In this document: in pieces, positions 1 through 7,810 of the stretch
Position numbering within the stretch: the stretch's first letter is position 1
How the letters are laid out: each line of letters opens with the position of its first letter
Assembly: GCA_029259185.1 (NCBI GenBank)
Contig: JAPDJF010000046.1
Span: 1-13,381 of the forward strand
Direction of reading: 5' to 3'
Length of the DNA stretch: 13,381 bases
From: Hadesarchaea archaeon
Lineage (GTDB): Archaea; Hadarchaeota; Hadarchaeia; Hadarchaeales; WYZ-LMO6
The notes under the pieces: generated by a model
The model's database searches: none
What the model saw: the letters and a program-made list of their open reading frames with translations, nothing else
Told to the model about the DNA's origin: nothing
Translations under genes and position numbers: made by a program

Positions 1-50
1 AGGCGATCTTCCCGCAGTTCATATACACACTTTTGGTGACATTTCTTTGT

Positions 51-159
51 CGGGGACGCCTCTGGGACAGAGGTCTCCGTAAAGGGTCCCGTGCTGGAGT
101 TCCCCAAGCCGTGAAGGCACGGTCGGAGGAGCTCCTTCCGTGAGGGAGGAGTAGCTCAC
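51..159 (+). mobile_element. Orphan IS200/IS605 right-end / TnpB omega-RNA-like structured element (copy A)
   Basis: Terminal hairpin CTCCTTCC-GTGA-GGGAGGAG (132-151, GNRA loop, one G-U) followed by TAGCTCAC, matching the recalled IS605-family right-end pattern GGAAGC-[hairpin]-GTAGTTCAC. Further hairpins at 51-79 and 108-123. Shares collinear anchors with 10541-10649 and 4364-4482. No transposase ORF is adjacent. Confidence 0.6.
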
Positions 160-201
160 TCCACAGGTGTTCGGGAGCGAGGCGCGACGGTCTGGCGGAG
201 T

Positions 202-765
202 TCACCCGTCTGACTCTCCAAAGACTTCTCTCGCGGCTTCTTCGTAAGTTTTCAAATCGTTTTCGCTGAATAGAACGAAGACGACTTCTTTTAGTCCTCC
301 CTCTTTCTTCACGAACTCCTTCACCGTCTGCAAGGCGATGCGGCTGGCTTTATCCACAGGGTATCCGTACGCTCCCGTGCTTATGGACGGAAATGATACG
401 GTTTTGAGGCCCTTCTTGACTGCGAGCTTCAGGGAGTTGCGATAAGCCTCTGCGAGCAGCTGGGGTTCTCGCTTGTTGCCCCCTCTCCATATGGGTCCGA
501 CCGTGTGGATCACGTACTTGGCCTTCAAGTTTCCCCCCGTGGTGATGACGGCTTCACCCGTTGGGAGCCCTCCAGGCCATTCGAGCTCTCTTATTCGCTT
601 GCACTCCTCCAAGATCTTCGGCCCACCCTTTCGATGTATTGCCCCGTCTACCCCTCCTCCACCCATGAGGCTTGGGTTAGCGGCGTTGACTATGGCATCC
701 GTCTCCTGCTCTGTGATGTCACCTCTTACGAGTCTGATCAAAGTTTTTCCAACCCTTACCTCCAT
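202..765 (-). CDS. Macrodomain protein (O-acetyl-ADP-ribose deacetylase / ADP-ribosylhydrolase, MacroD/YmdB type)
   Basis: Motifs GDIT, DAIVNAAN, GGGGVDGAIH, VIHTVGP and FPSISTGAYGYP are hallmark macrodomain signatures; 187 aa. Confidence 0.95.
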   Translation of the reverse strand: MEVRVGKTLIRLVRGDITEQETDAIVNAANPSLMGGGGVDGAIHRKGGPKILEECKRIRELEWPGGLPTGEAVITTGGNLKAKYVIHTVGPIWRGGNKREPQLLAEAYRNSLKLAVKKGLKTVSFPSISTGAYGYPVDKASRIALQTVKEFVKKEGGLKEVVFVLFSENDLKTYEEAAREVFGESDG

Positions 766-820
766 CTCATTGAGTAGGGAATCTACTCATAAAATGCTTA
801 CTCGTTCGGGCTCATCAACT

Positions 821-833
821 AACTTTTAAAGTT
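821..833 (+). promoter_or_regulatory. TATA-like box within a palindrome upstream of hppA
   Basis: AACTTT-T-AAAGTT inverted repeat containing TTTTAAA (824-830), about 28 nt before the ATG at 859. Confidence 0.4.
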
Positions 834-858
834 GAAAATTCAAAACTCCTAGACGAAC

Positions 859-2850
859 ATGCAGCACGAATTGCTAGCCTGCATGTCGATGGCGATTGCC
901 GGGATGGTCTTCGCACTGGGCCTCATCATTTGGATCCTAAGAAAGCCTGCCGGTACCCCCCTCATGAAGGAACTCTCGGACACGATATATCAAGGTGCCA
1001 TGACTTTTTTGAACAGTGAGTATCGGATAATCTCCGTATACGCGCTCATTATGGCCCTCATCCTGTGGGCGTTCAAGGGATTCGAAACGAGCGTATGTTT
1101 CGTGGTGGGTGCCCTTCTCTCAGCCTTAGCCGGGAACGTTGGGATGAGGGTGGCGACGAAATCGAACGCCCGAACTGCGGAAGCGGCTAGGAGGGGGATA
1201 GGCAGAGGCCTTAAGCTCGCATTCTCGAGTGGCACAGTTATGGGGATGTGTGTCGTCGGGTTTGGTCTTTTCGGAATAAGTTTGATGTACCACCTCGTGG
1301 GTGATCCGAAGATGTTGGTGGGCTTCGGGTTCGGAGCTAGTTCCATAGCTCTCTTCGCCAGAGTGGGTGGCGGAATCTTCACGAAGTCTGCCGATATGGG
1401 TGCAGACCTTGTGGGAAAGGTTGAGGCTAGGATACCGGAGGACGATCCCCGTAATCCGGCCGTGATAGCGGACAACGTGGGGGACAACGTGGGTGATGTG
1501 GCGGGAATGGGTGCGGATCTGTTCGAATCTTACGTTGGTTCCATCATCTCAGCCATGGTGATAGGTGTGGGGGGCGTTACCCTCGGCGGGGCCATGATAG
1601 CGGAGGAAAAGGCGGTGCTCTTTCCCCTGATGCTCGCGGGGGTTGGAATACTGAGTTCGATTCTCGCTTGGAGCTTCGTGAGGTCGACCGGGAGGGCGAG
1701 TATAGGAGCCCTTCACTCCGCCCTCAACCGCGGCGTGTTCGGGTGTACTATCTTGGTCGGAATTTTGGCTTTCTTACTTTCCTACTGGTACTTGGGAAAA
1801 GTGGAGGTGTTCTTTTCGGTGCTTTCCGGGCTGTTGGCGGGGATCGTCATCGGGCTCTCCGCTGAGTACTTTACGGAAAGCAGGTTTCCGCCAGTGCTGT
1901 CCATCGCTAAGGCCACCACCACAGGTCCTGCTACCACCATCGTTTCCGGGTTTTCAATGGGCATGCTCAGCACCGCGATTCCGGTGGTCGCGGTGGTGGT
2001 AGCAATTGGGGTTTCATGGTATTTCTCGGAACTCTATGGGATAGCCGTAGCAGCGGTTGGGATGCTCAGCACCCTGGGAACGACCCTCGCGGCTGACACA
2101 TATGGCCCCGTGGCGGACAACGCAGCCGGGATAGCGGAGATGGCACACATGAGGCCGGAAGTGAGGCGGAGGGCAGAGAAGCTGGATGCTGTGGGAAACA
2201 CCACCGCGGCGATAGGGAAAGGGTTTGCGATAGGGTCGGCAGCCCTCACAGCCCTCGCCCTCTTCACGGCTTTCACCGAGCAGGGTGAAGGAGTGACACT
2301 AGCCCTGACCGATCACGTGGTCCTCATAGGGATATTCATAGGGGCCGTGCTTCCATTCGTGTTCTGCGCTCTCACGATGAGGGCGGTGAGTTCAGGGGCT
2401 TCGTTGATAGTGATGGAGGTGAGGAAGCAGTTCAAGAGTATCAAGGGCTTGATGGAGGGGAAGGCCAAACCAGATTACAACAAGTGTATTCGAATAAGCA
2501 CGAACGCGGCCCTGAAGAACATGGCTCCTCCAGCGATCATGGCCGTTGCGGCTCCGCTCGTGGTGGGGTTATCACTCGGTCCCGAGTGTGTTGGTGGCCT
2601 GCTCGCGGGGGCCATCGTCACGGGATTCTTGCTTGCTGTTACCCTCGCTAACTCGGGTGGGGCATGGGACAACGCGAAGAAATATATAGAGGAGGGAAAT
2701 CTGGGGGGGAAGGGAAGCGAGGCTCATGCAGCGGCGGTTATTGGAGACACGGTGGGCGACCCCTTTAAAGATACTTCCGGGCCTTCTTTAAACATACTGA
2801 TAAAACTCATGTCGATGGTCACACTCCTTTTCGCATCGCTCATCATCTGA
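859..2850 (+). CDS. hppA: Membrane-bound ion-translocating pyrophosphatase, K+-dependent, probably Na+-translocating
   Basis: GGGIFTKSADMGADLVGKVE, EDDPRN, DNVGDNVGD, GNTTAAIGKGF, GGAWDNAKK and GDTVGDPFKD motifs; many hydrophobic helices; 663 aa. Confidence 0.97.
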   Translation: MQHELLACMSMAIAGMVFALGLIIWILRKPAGTPLMKELSDTIYQGAMTFLNSEYRIISVYALIMALILWAFKGFETSVCFVVGALLSALAGNVGMRVATKSNARTAEAARRGIGRGLKLAFSSGTVMGMCVVGFGLFGISLMYHLVGDPKMLVGFGFGASSIALFARVGGGIFTKSADMGADLVGKVEARIPEDDPRNPAVIADNVGDNVGDVAGMGADLFESYVGSIISAMVIGVGGVTLGGAMIAEEKAVLFPLMLAGVGILSSILAWSFVRSTGRASIGALHSALNRGVFGCTILVGILAFLLSYWYLGKVEVFFSVLSGLLAGIVIGLSAEYFTESRFPPVLSIAKATTTGPATTIVSGFSMGMLSTAIPVVAVVVAIGVSWYFSELYGIAVAAVGMLSTLGTTLAADTYGPVADNAAGIAEMAHMRPEVRRRAEKLDAVGNTTAAIGKGFAIGSAALTALALFTAFTEQGEGVTLALTDHVVLIGIFIGAVLPFVFCALTMRAVSSGASLIVMEVRKQFKSIKGLMEGKAKPDYNKCIRISTNAALKNMAPPAIMAVAAPLVVGLSLGPECVGGLLAGAIVTGFLLAVTLANSGGAWDNAKKYIEEGNLGGKGSEAHAAAVIGDTVGDPFKDTSGPSLNILIKLMSMVTLLFASLII

Positions 2851-2859
2851 GTGGTGGGA

Positions 2860-3237
2860 ATGCACGTGCTTAAGATTCTCTTGAAATCGGTGGGTGAGAT
2901 AAGAGTTGGACTCTCAGGTGAAAATCCTAGAACGATCGAAGGGATATGGGCTTCCCTTCCATTCGAGTCCACGGTGAGCAAGTGGGGGGACGAGATTTAC
3001 TTCGAAATTCCTGTGGAGATGGGAGAAGAGAATAGTAAGGTCGAAGTGGAGGTGGGGGATGTCGCTTACTGGCCGGATGGGAGGGCGCTCTGTTTGTTCT
3101 TCGGGAGAACCCCTTCGAGCGTGGATGAGAAACCCAGAGCCTATGGTCCCGTGAACGTGGTCGGAAAAATCGAGGGGGATCCGACGATTTTGAGAAAGGC
3201 TAAGTCTGGAGAAAAGGTAAGAGTCGAGAAAGCCTGA
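2860..3237 (+). CDS. Cyclophilin-like fold protein (DUF369 / TM1367 family)
   Basis: WGDEIYF and GDVAYWPDGRALCLFFGRTP motifs. ATG at 2860 (in frame with the ORF from 2851) is preceded by a GGTGGG RBS-like site; probably co-transcribed with hppA. Confidence 0.85.
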   Translation: MHVLKILLKSVGEIRVGLSGENPRTIEGIWASLPFESTVSKWGDEIYFEIPVEMGEENSKVEVEVGDVAYWPDGRALCLFFGRTPSSVDEKPRAYGPVNVVGKIEGDPTILRKAKSGEKVRVEKA

Positions 3238-3240
3238 TCC

Positions 3241-3248
3241 TTTTTGTT
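3241..3248 (+). terminator. Possible archaeal oligo-T terminator
   Basis: TTTTTGTT a few nt after the stop of the cyclophilin-like gene. Confidence 0.3.
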
Positions 3249-3300
3249 CAGCCAACGTTGGATCTAGATTCTTATTTATCGGGTGGGAGAGAGTTGTGGA

Positions 3301-3672
3301 ATGGGTGGAGAGAGGCGGGGGGAAAATTTCAAGGCGAGGAGGAAGGAGCTCTTCCTGAGGTTGAGGAGGGAGGGAAAGCTCACGCCCGAGCTTGAGGAGG
3401 CGATAGTGGAGTTGTATGGATCACGGGGGAGGCATGCACTCAGGGCTATCAAAGAAGGAAAGGTGGTGAGGAGGGGTAAAAGGTGGTTCGTCAGGGGGAA
3501 GACAGAAGAATATGAGATCGTGCGCTCGCTCTGTAGTTGTAAAGATTATGTGCTTAACGTAGTTACGGGGAGAGCGAGAGTAGATATGTGCTACCACGCT
3601 TTGGCCAAAGTAGTATGTGAGCTCACGGGATGTTACTTCAAAATCGAAGATGAGAGAGGTCCGATAGGTTGA
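3301..3672 (+). CDS. SWIM zinc-finger protein (archaeal, SWS1/ZSWIM7-like)
   Basis: CSC-x16-CYH motif followed by ALA. Start chosen at ATG 3301, about 21 nt after TTATTTAT (3272-3279); the ORF track opens at GTG 3283. The stop overlaps the nth start (TTGA). Confidence 0.8.
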   Translation: MGGERRGENFKARRKELFLRLRREGKLTPELEEAIVELYGSRGRHALRAIKEGKVVRRGKRWFVRGKTEEYEIVRSLCSCKDYVLNVVTGRARVDMCYHALAKVVCELTGCYFKIEDERGPIG

Positions 3673-4304
3673 GAGACACGAGGGTGAGAGCAGTAGTGGA
3701 TATGTTGGAGAAAAGATATGGAAGGAGGATAATGGAGAAGTGGTACTCTGACCCTTTCCAAGTCCTAATCGCATGTATTCTGTCCCAGCGCACGAGGGAA
3801 GAAAACACGGATGAGGCTTCTAGATCGCTCTTCGCCGTCGCCTCCACCCCCGCGGAAATCTCCTCCCTCCCCCTTCCCAAGTTACGAAAACTCATAAAAG
3901 CAGCAGGCTTGGTGAAGCAGAAGGCGGAGAACATCAAGCGAACGGCTGAGACGATCGTGAAAGAGTACGGAGGTAAAGTTCCGACCTCTAGAGAGGCCCT
4001 GATGAGGCTCCCCGGAGTGGGACCGAAGACGGCAGATGTGGTTTTGTGTTACGGATTGAATGAGCCCACGATCCCAGTAGATACCCACGTGAACCGTGTG
4101 AGTAAGAGGTTGGGACTCGTAAGGGAGAATGCCGATCTGGAGGAGGTGAGGAAGACACTCCAACGCATTTTTTCTGTTGATCACTGGCACCTCATAAACA
4201 GGGGGCTGGTCCTCTTCGGTCGGGAGATATGTCTTCCTCGCTACCCGAGATGTGGGAAGTGTCCTCTCAGGAAGATCTGCATCACGGGAAGTAGAAGATG
4301 GTAG
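3669..4304 (+). CDS. nth: Endonuclease III (HhH-GPD DNA glycosylase/AP lyase, [4Fe-4S])
   Basis: PFQVLIACILSQRT, HhH motif LPGVGPKTA with catalytic Lys, PVDTHV with catalytic Asp, and C-x6-C-x2-C-x5-C cluster motif. Confidence 0.95.
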   Translation: MRDTRVRAVVDMLEKRYGRRIMEKWYSDPFQVLIACILSQRTREENTDEASRSLFAVASTPAEISSLPLPKLRKLIKAAGLVKQKAENIKRTAETIVKEYGGKVPTSREALMRLPGVGPKTADVVLCYGLNEPTIPVDTHVNRVSKRLGLVRENADLEEVRKTLQRIFSVDHWHLINRGLVLFGREICLPRYPRCGKCPLRKICITGSRRW

Positions 4305-4363
4305 AGGCCCTCTCTCCCGCGGTGCTTTTAGATCTCGAGCTTTGGATTAGAGATCTCGTCTTG

Positions 4364-4482
4364 GCCTCTCGGCAGGAGGTCTCCGTCATGTGTCCAGAAC
4401 GATTTCTTTGGCAATCGGGCTGGGGTTCGGGGCAGCGGTGCTCCCTCCCGTCTCTAGGGGTCTCCTAGGGGAGTAGGGCCGC
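4364..4482 (+). repeat. Degenerate copy (B) of the omega-RNA-like structured element
   Basis: 4364-4395 aligns ungapped to 58-89 at 25/32 nt, including an identical GAGGTCTCCGT. GTTCGGGGCAGC (4425-4436) matches GGTCGGAGGAGC (121-132) at 9/12. GCTCCCTCC...GGAGTAG (4440-4476) mirrors GCTCCTTCC...GGAGTAG (131-154). Anchor spacing is similar (76 vs 73 nt). The terminal TCAC is lost. Confidence 0.5.
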
Positions 4483-4501
4483 TCTGGGTAAGGGACGGGC
4501 G

Positions 4502-5086
4502 TCAGCGAATCTGAGTGAATCCCCTCCTTAGCTTCGAGAGGATGGCTCGAATTTCTGGAAAATATCTGAGTTCTGACTTAAGCTCCCTTTCCACGTCTAA
4601 CCAGAGCTCTTCTAGTCTCCGGGAGCGGTTCCCGCTTTCCCAATATTTTAGGGCTTGGACTAACATCGAGAATCGATCAGCTATATAAACTATTTTGGCC
4701 TCATCGGTCTTCTTCTCTAAATACTCCTCCCACAAGTTCGTCAATTCCCTTCCTCCAAGTATCCCCGCTAGGATGTTTTCCATAGCTTTTCTCTCAATTT
4801 TTTCCTTCACGTTCTTTTCCAGGTAATCGGTTGCAGAGCGTGGAAGGTCGCCAGTCATCGTTTCCGGCCAGTCGTGGAGTACCGCCATCGAGAGCGCTTT
4901 CCCCCTGTCTATCCTCCTCCCCCTATTTTCGAGTTCGATGCAGAGGAGGAGGGTAAGTGACGTGACCTCGAATGAGTGTTGGGCCACATCTTCCACAAGC
5001 CCCAGCGGAATGTTGCATGATATCCACCCAGTGCGGGGGGTTCTCTTCAGGTTATTCAGTCTCTGAAGGAGTTCACTCAGTTCCAT
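4502..5086 (-). CDS. HD-domain hydrolase, YfbR/HDDC2-like (putative 5'-deoxynucleotidase)
   Basis: LKRTPRTGW, EDVAQHSF, LHDWPE-x-x-TGD and a distal ADR motif; AGGAG RBS precedes the ATG. Confidence 0.88.
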   Translation of the reverse strand: MELSELLQRLNNLKRTPRTGWISCNIPLGLVEDVAQHSFEVTSLTLLLCIELENRGRRIDRGKALSMAVLHDWPETMTGDLPRSATDYLEKNVKEKIERKAMENILAGILGGRELTNLWEEYLEKKTDEAKIVYIADRFSMLVQALKYWESGNRSRRLEELWLDVERELKSELRYFPEIRAILSKLRRGFTQIR

Positions 5087-5210
5087 CTCCTAAGTTCATC
5101 CTCTTCTCCACATATAGGTTCTCAGTCTTCGTTCTCCAGACGACCCCTGCTGGAGGATTGGCTCAAAGACCAAAGGTTAAAATGTCTGAATCCTAACTTG
5201 AAACGAGAGT

Positions 5211-5465
5211 ATGGGGGAAAAGAAGCTCGTGGGGAAGATTACCCATTACTTCAATAAAATAGGAGTTGCCGTGGTAGAACTTTCGGATGAGCTCAGAGTG
5301 GGAGACAAGATCTCCATCGAAGGCCCTACCACGAATTTCCAGCAAACGGTGGAGTCAATGCAGATAGAGCATCAGAATGTTCAGTCAGCCGGGGCCGGGC
5401 AGTCGATCGGATTAAAAGTTATCCAGCGTGTCAGGGAGAAAGATCAGGTGTACAAGCTAGCCTGA
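5211..5465 (+). CDS. Small beta-barrel protein (translation elongation factor domain II-like / peptidase U32 C-terminal-like), function unknown
   Basis: 84 aa with the pattern VGKITHYFNKIGVAVVEL..LRVGD.I.IEG..F.Q.VESMQIEH..AGQSIGLKV..RVRE.D.VYK, typical of this conserved small family. Confidence 0.8.
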   Translation: MGEKKLVGKITHYFNKIGVAVVELSDELRVGDKISIEGPTTNFQQTVESMQIEHQNVQSAGAGQSIGLKVIQRVREKDQVYKLA

Positions 5466-5467
5466 GC

Positions 5468-6724
5468 TCAGGTTCCTCTTTCCCAAGATTTCAGGTATTC
5501 TCGTTGTTCGGCTGTTTGCCTTTCTAGCTTTATCCCCAAAGCCCTCAGCTTCAGTTCAGCCACTCTTCGATCTATTGTATCAGGAACTTCGTGAACCTTG
5601 GCCTCCATCCTCCTCCCGTGTTTCGCTAGGTACTCCACACCCAAGGCTTGGAGGGAAAAGCTCATATCCATGATCTCCATGGGGTGGCCGAGCGACCGCT
5701 TTCCCGCTAGGTTCACGAGCCTTCCCTCGGTCAGAAGATACAACCGTTTTCCATCCTTTAACTCAAATTCTTCCACATCCTCAAGCACCCGCTTGCGTCT
5801 CGTCGAGATCCTTGATAGAGTTTCTACGTCTATCTCCACATCGAAGTGGCCTGAATTGCAGAGAATGGCACCGTCGTGCATCAATTTCATGTGTTCCTCT
5901 CGGATTACGTGAAAGCTTCCGGTAGCCGTTATGAATATGTCTCCGTACTTGGCGGCTTCGGTCATGGTGGTGACTTTGAACCCTTCCATACTTGCCTCAA
6001 GGGCCTTTATGGGGTCGGTCTCCACCACAGTTACAATTGCCCCCATCCCCTTGGCGCGGGAGGCTATCCCTCTTCCCACGAATCCATATCCGACGACGAC
6101 AACGTTTTTTCCGGCTATCAGGGTGTTGGTCAACCCCATTAAGGCTTGGAGCGTCGATTCTGCTGTGCCGAACCGGTTGTCGAAGAACCTCTTTGCAGGT
6201 GAATCGTTCACCGCTATTACCGGAAACTTGAGTTCACCTCGGGATTCCATGATTCGAAGACGGTTAACCCCTGTGGTCGTCTCCTCACATGCCCCTATCA
6301 CCCGCTCCACGATCCTTGGTATATGATGGGCTTCCGACACTAGGTCAGCACCATCGTCTATGAGGATGTCCGGTTCCATGTTGAGCACCCTCCGCAGGTT
6401 CGTGTAGTAATCTCTTTCACTCTCCCCCCTCCAGGCATAGACACGCACCCCCTCCTTCGCTAGGGCTGCTGCGACCTCGTCACGCGTTGAGAGCGGGTTA
6501 CAGCTCGTCACGGCGACTTCAGCACCCCCCATTTTTAAGGTGAGAATGAGCACAGCGGTTTTGGCCTCGGTGTGGAGGGCAGCACCTATCCTAAGCCCCT
6601 TGAGAGGTTTGGACCTCGAAAATTCCTTCCTGATCTCTTCCAGTACCGGCATGTGTCGTTTGGCCCACTCGATCATCATCCTTCCCTTCGGTGCGAGTCT
6701 GATGTCTTTAACCCTGTATTCCAC
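5468..6724 (-). CDS. ahcY: Adenosylhomocysteinase (SAH/SIH hydrolase), archaeal short form
   Basis: HTEAKT, SCNPLST, DDGADL, EETTTG, K-x-x-FDNRFGT, GYGFVGRG, GHFDVEI, EGRLVNL and GHP motifs; GTG start; 418 aa. Confidence 0.97.
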   Translation of the reverse strand: MEYRVKDIRLAPKGRMMIEWAKRHMPVLEEIRKEFSRSKPLKGLRIGAALHTEAKTAVLILTLKMGGAEVAVTSCNPLSTRDEVAAALAKEGVRVYAWRGESERDYYTNLRRVLNMEPDILIDDGADLVSEAHHIPRIVERVIGACEETTTGVNRLRIMESRGELKFPVIAVNDSPAKRFFDNRFGTAESTLQALMGLTNTLIAGKNVVVVGYGFVGRGIASRAKGMGAIVTVVETDPIKALEASMEGFKVTTMTEAAKYGDIFITATGSFHVIREEHMKLMHDGAILCNSGHFDVEIDVETLSRISTRRKRVLEDVEEFELKDGKRLYLLTEGRLVNLAGKRSLGHPMEIMDMSFSLQALGVEYLAKHGRRMEAKVHEVPDTIDRRVAELKLRALGIKLERQTAEQREYLKSWERGT

Positions 6725-7312
6725 TCATCCACCCCTACTCATTCTCATGACCTCTTCATGAAGCTTTCTGAGACGCGTGATCGCTGGGTGGGTGCTCCCG
6801 AGTTCAGATTCGAACCTCTTCAAGATTTGGCCTATCTCGACTACCTGATTTCCCTCGATGAGCTTATCGGCATAAGTTACAATCTTTTCTTCGATCGTTC
6901 GGGGCATGAAGTCTCTCGCTGGAAGACCGAGTTTTACCGCCTCCTCCCTGGGTATCCCCGCCCCGAGGTGATTTTCTGCGAATTTCGATAATTTAGGTAA
7001 TCCCAATTTTCGAAGGATCTTGCCCCCTTCTATCCCGTGTTTTATCCCATGGGTCTTGGACCGACCTATGTCGTGCAGGATGGCACCCAGCCTCACGAGT
7101 TCGACATCGACCTCATATCCTCTTTTCTTCACGAGTTCAGCGAGTTCTACGGCCTTCTTCTCAACGGCCAAGGAGTGCCTGATGACGCTTTCTTGACATC
7201 CGGCCTCCCTTAGAAGCGAGAAGGCCTTCTCACGGGTTAACTTGAAGCCTTTCCCCCCAATTCTCTTTAAGGGATTTGATTTGGGATTCGAGACTCGAGA
7301 CCACACCCTCAT
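6725..7312 (-). CDS. HDIG-type HD-domain protein (TIGR00295-like); start uncertain
   Basis: HS..V, LHDIGRSKTHGIKHGIEG, ENHLGAGI and P.TIEEKIVTYADKL motifs. This family is commonly found next to tfe in archaea. The ORF as called overlaps tfe by 83 nt. Confidence 0.85.
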   Translation of the reverse strand: MRVWSRVSNPKSNPLKRIGGKGFKLTREKAFSLLREAGCQESVIRHSLAVEKKAVELAELVKKRGYEVDVELVRLGAILHDIGRSKTHGIKHGIEGGKILRKLGLPKLSKFAENHLGAGIPREEAVKLGLPARDFMPRTIEEKIVTYADKLIEGNQVVEIGQILKRFESELGSTHPAITRLRKLHEEVMRMSRGG

Positions 7313-7787
7313 TGTTCATGAATTCGAGTGCCTCCCCACAGTGGGGGCACTTGAACTCCAGCTCCGTGGCTTCCTCGAAAGTGATTTTTGGGCAGCCATG
7401 TTTGCAACCGAAGAACATATGATTTCGTTCGTATTCCAACCTCTCCTCCAACTTTCTAAGGAGCTCCGCTTGAATGGATTGAAAGTTTTCCATCGCGTTC
7501 TCTATCTCTACGTGCCAGTGGTAGACGTACCATCCATTGCTCTCATTCCTAGACCTCCTGTAGTTGACTATTCGATTTTCGTAAAGGTCATACAAGATTC
7601 GTCTGACTAAGTTGATCTTGAGATCGGTCAGCTTGGCTAGTTCTTCGTCTGTTAACTCCTTTCCCCAGAGATTCGAAATTACCACGATTCCTTGGTTTCC
7701 AGATATTCGCTTGATGAACTCCTTGAGCCCAGGATTTTTCTCGAATATCTCAGACTTTTTCTTGGGTTTCCTCTTTTTTTTCACCAT
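7230..7787 (-). CDS. tfe: Archaeal transcription factor E (TFIIE-alpha homologue)
   Basis: Winged-helix segment TDEELA..T.LKINLVRRILYDLYE..YRR.R...GWYVYHW, then zinc ribbon C-x3-C...FEEA..LEFKCPHCG. Confidence 0.95.
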   Translation of the reverse strand: MVKKKRKPKKKSEIFEKNPGLKEFIKRISGNQGIVVISNLWGKELTDEELAKLTDLKINLVRRILYDLYENRIVNYRRSRNESNGWYVYHWHVEIENAMENFQSIQAELLRKLEERLEYERNHMFFGCKHGCPKITFEEATELEFKCPHCGEALEFMNNEGVVSSLESQIKSLKENWGERLQVNP

Positions 7788-7810
7788 TCCTATAAACTCT
7801 GCGCTCTGAA

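Noticed and set aside
1-22. Possible minus-strand gene start (ATG at 22, MNCGKIA...) running off the window
   Set aside because: Only 7 codons are visible; it cannot be supported or identified.
4298-4468. 56-codon + strand ORF (MVEALSPAVLLDLELW...) overlapping the nth stop
   Set aside because: No recognisable motif, and the region is better explained by similarity to the non-coding element at 58-154.
5125-5156. CTCCAG/CTGGAG hairpin and a minus-strand stretch CGTCTGGAGAACGAAGAC resembling part of copy C
   Set aside because: The match is short and lacks the other anchors and the terminal hairpin; likely chance.
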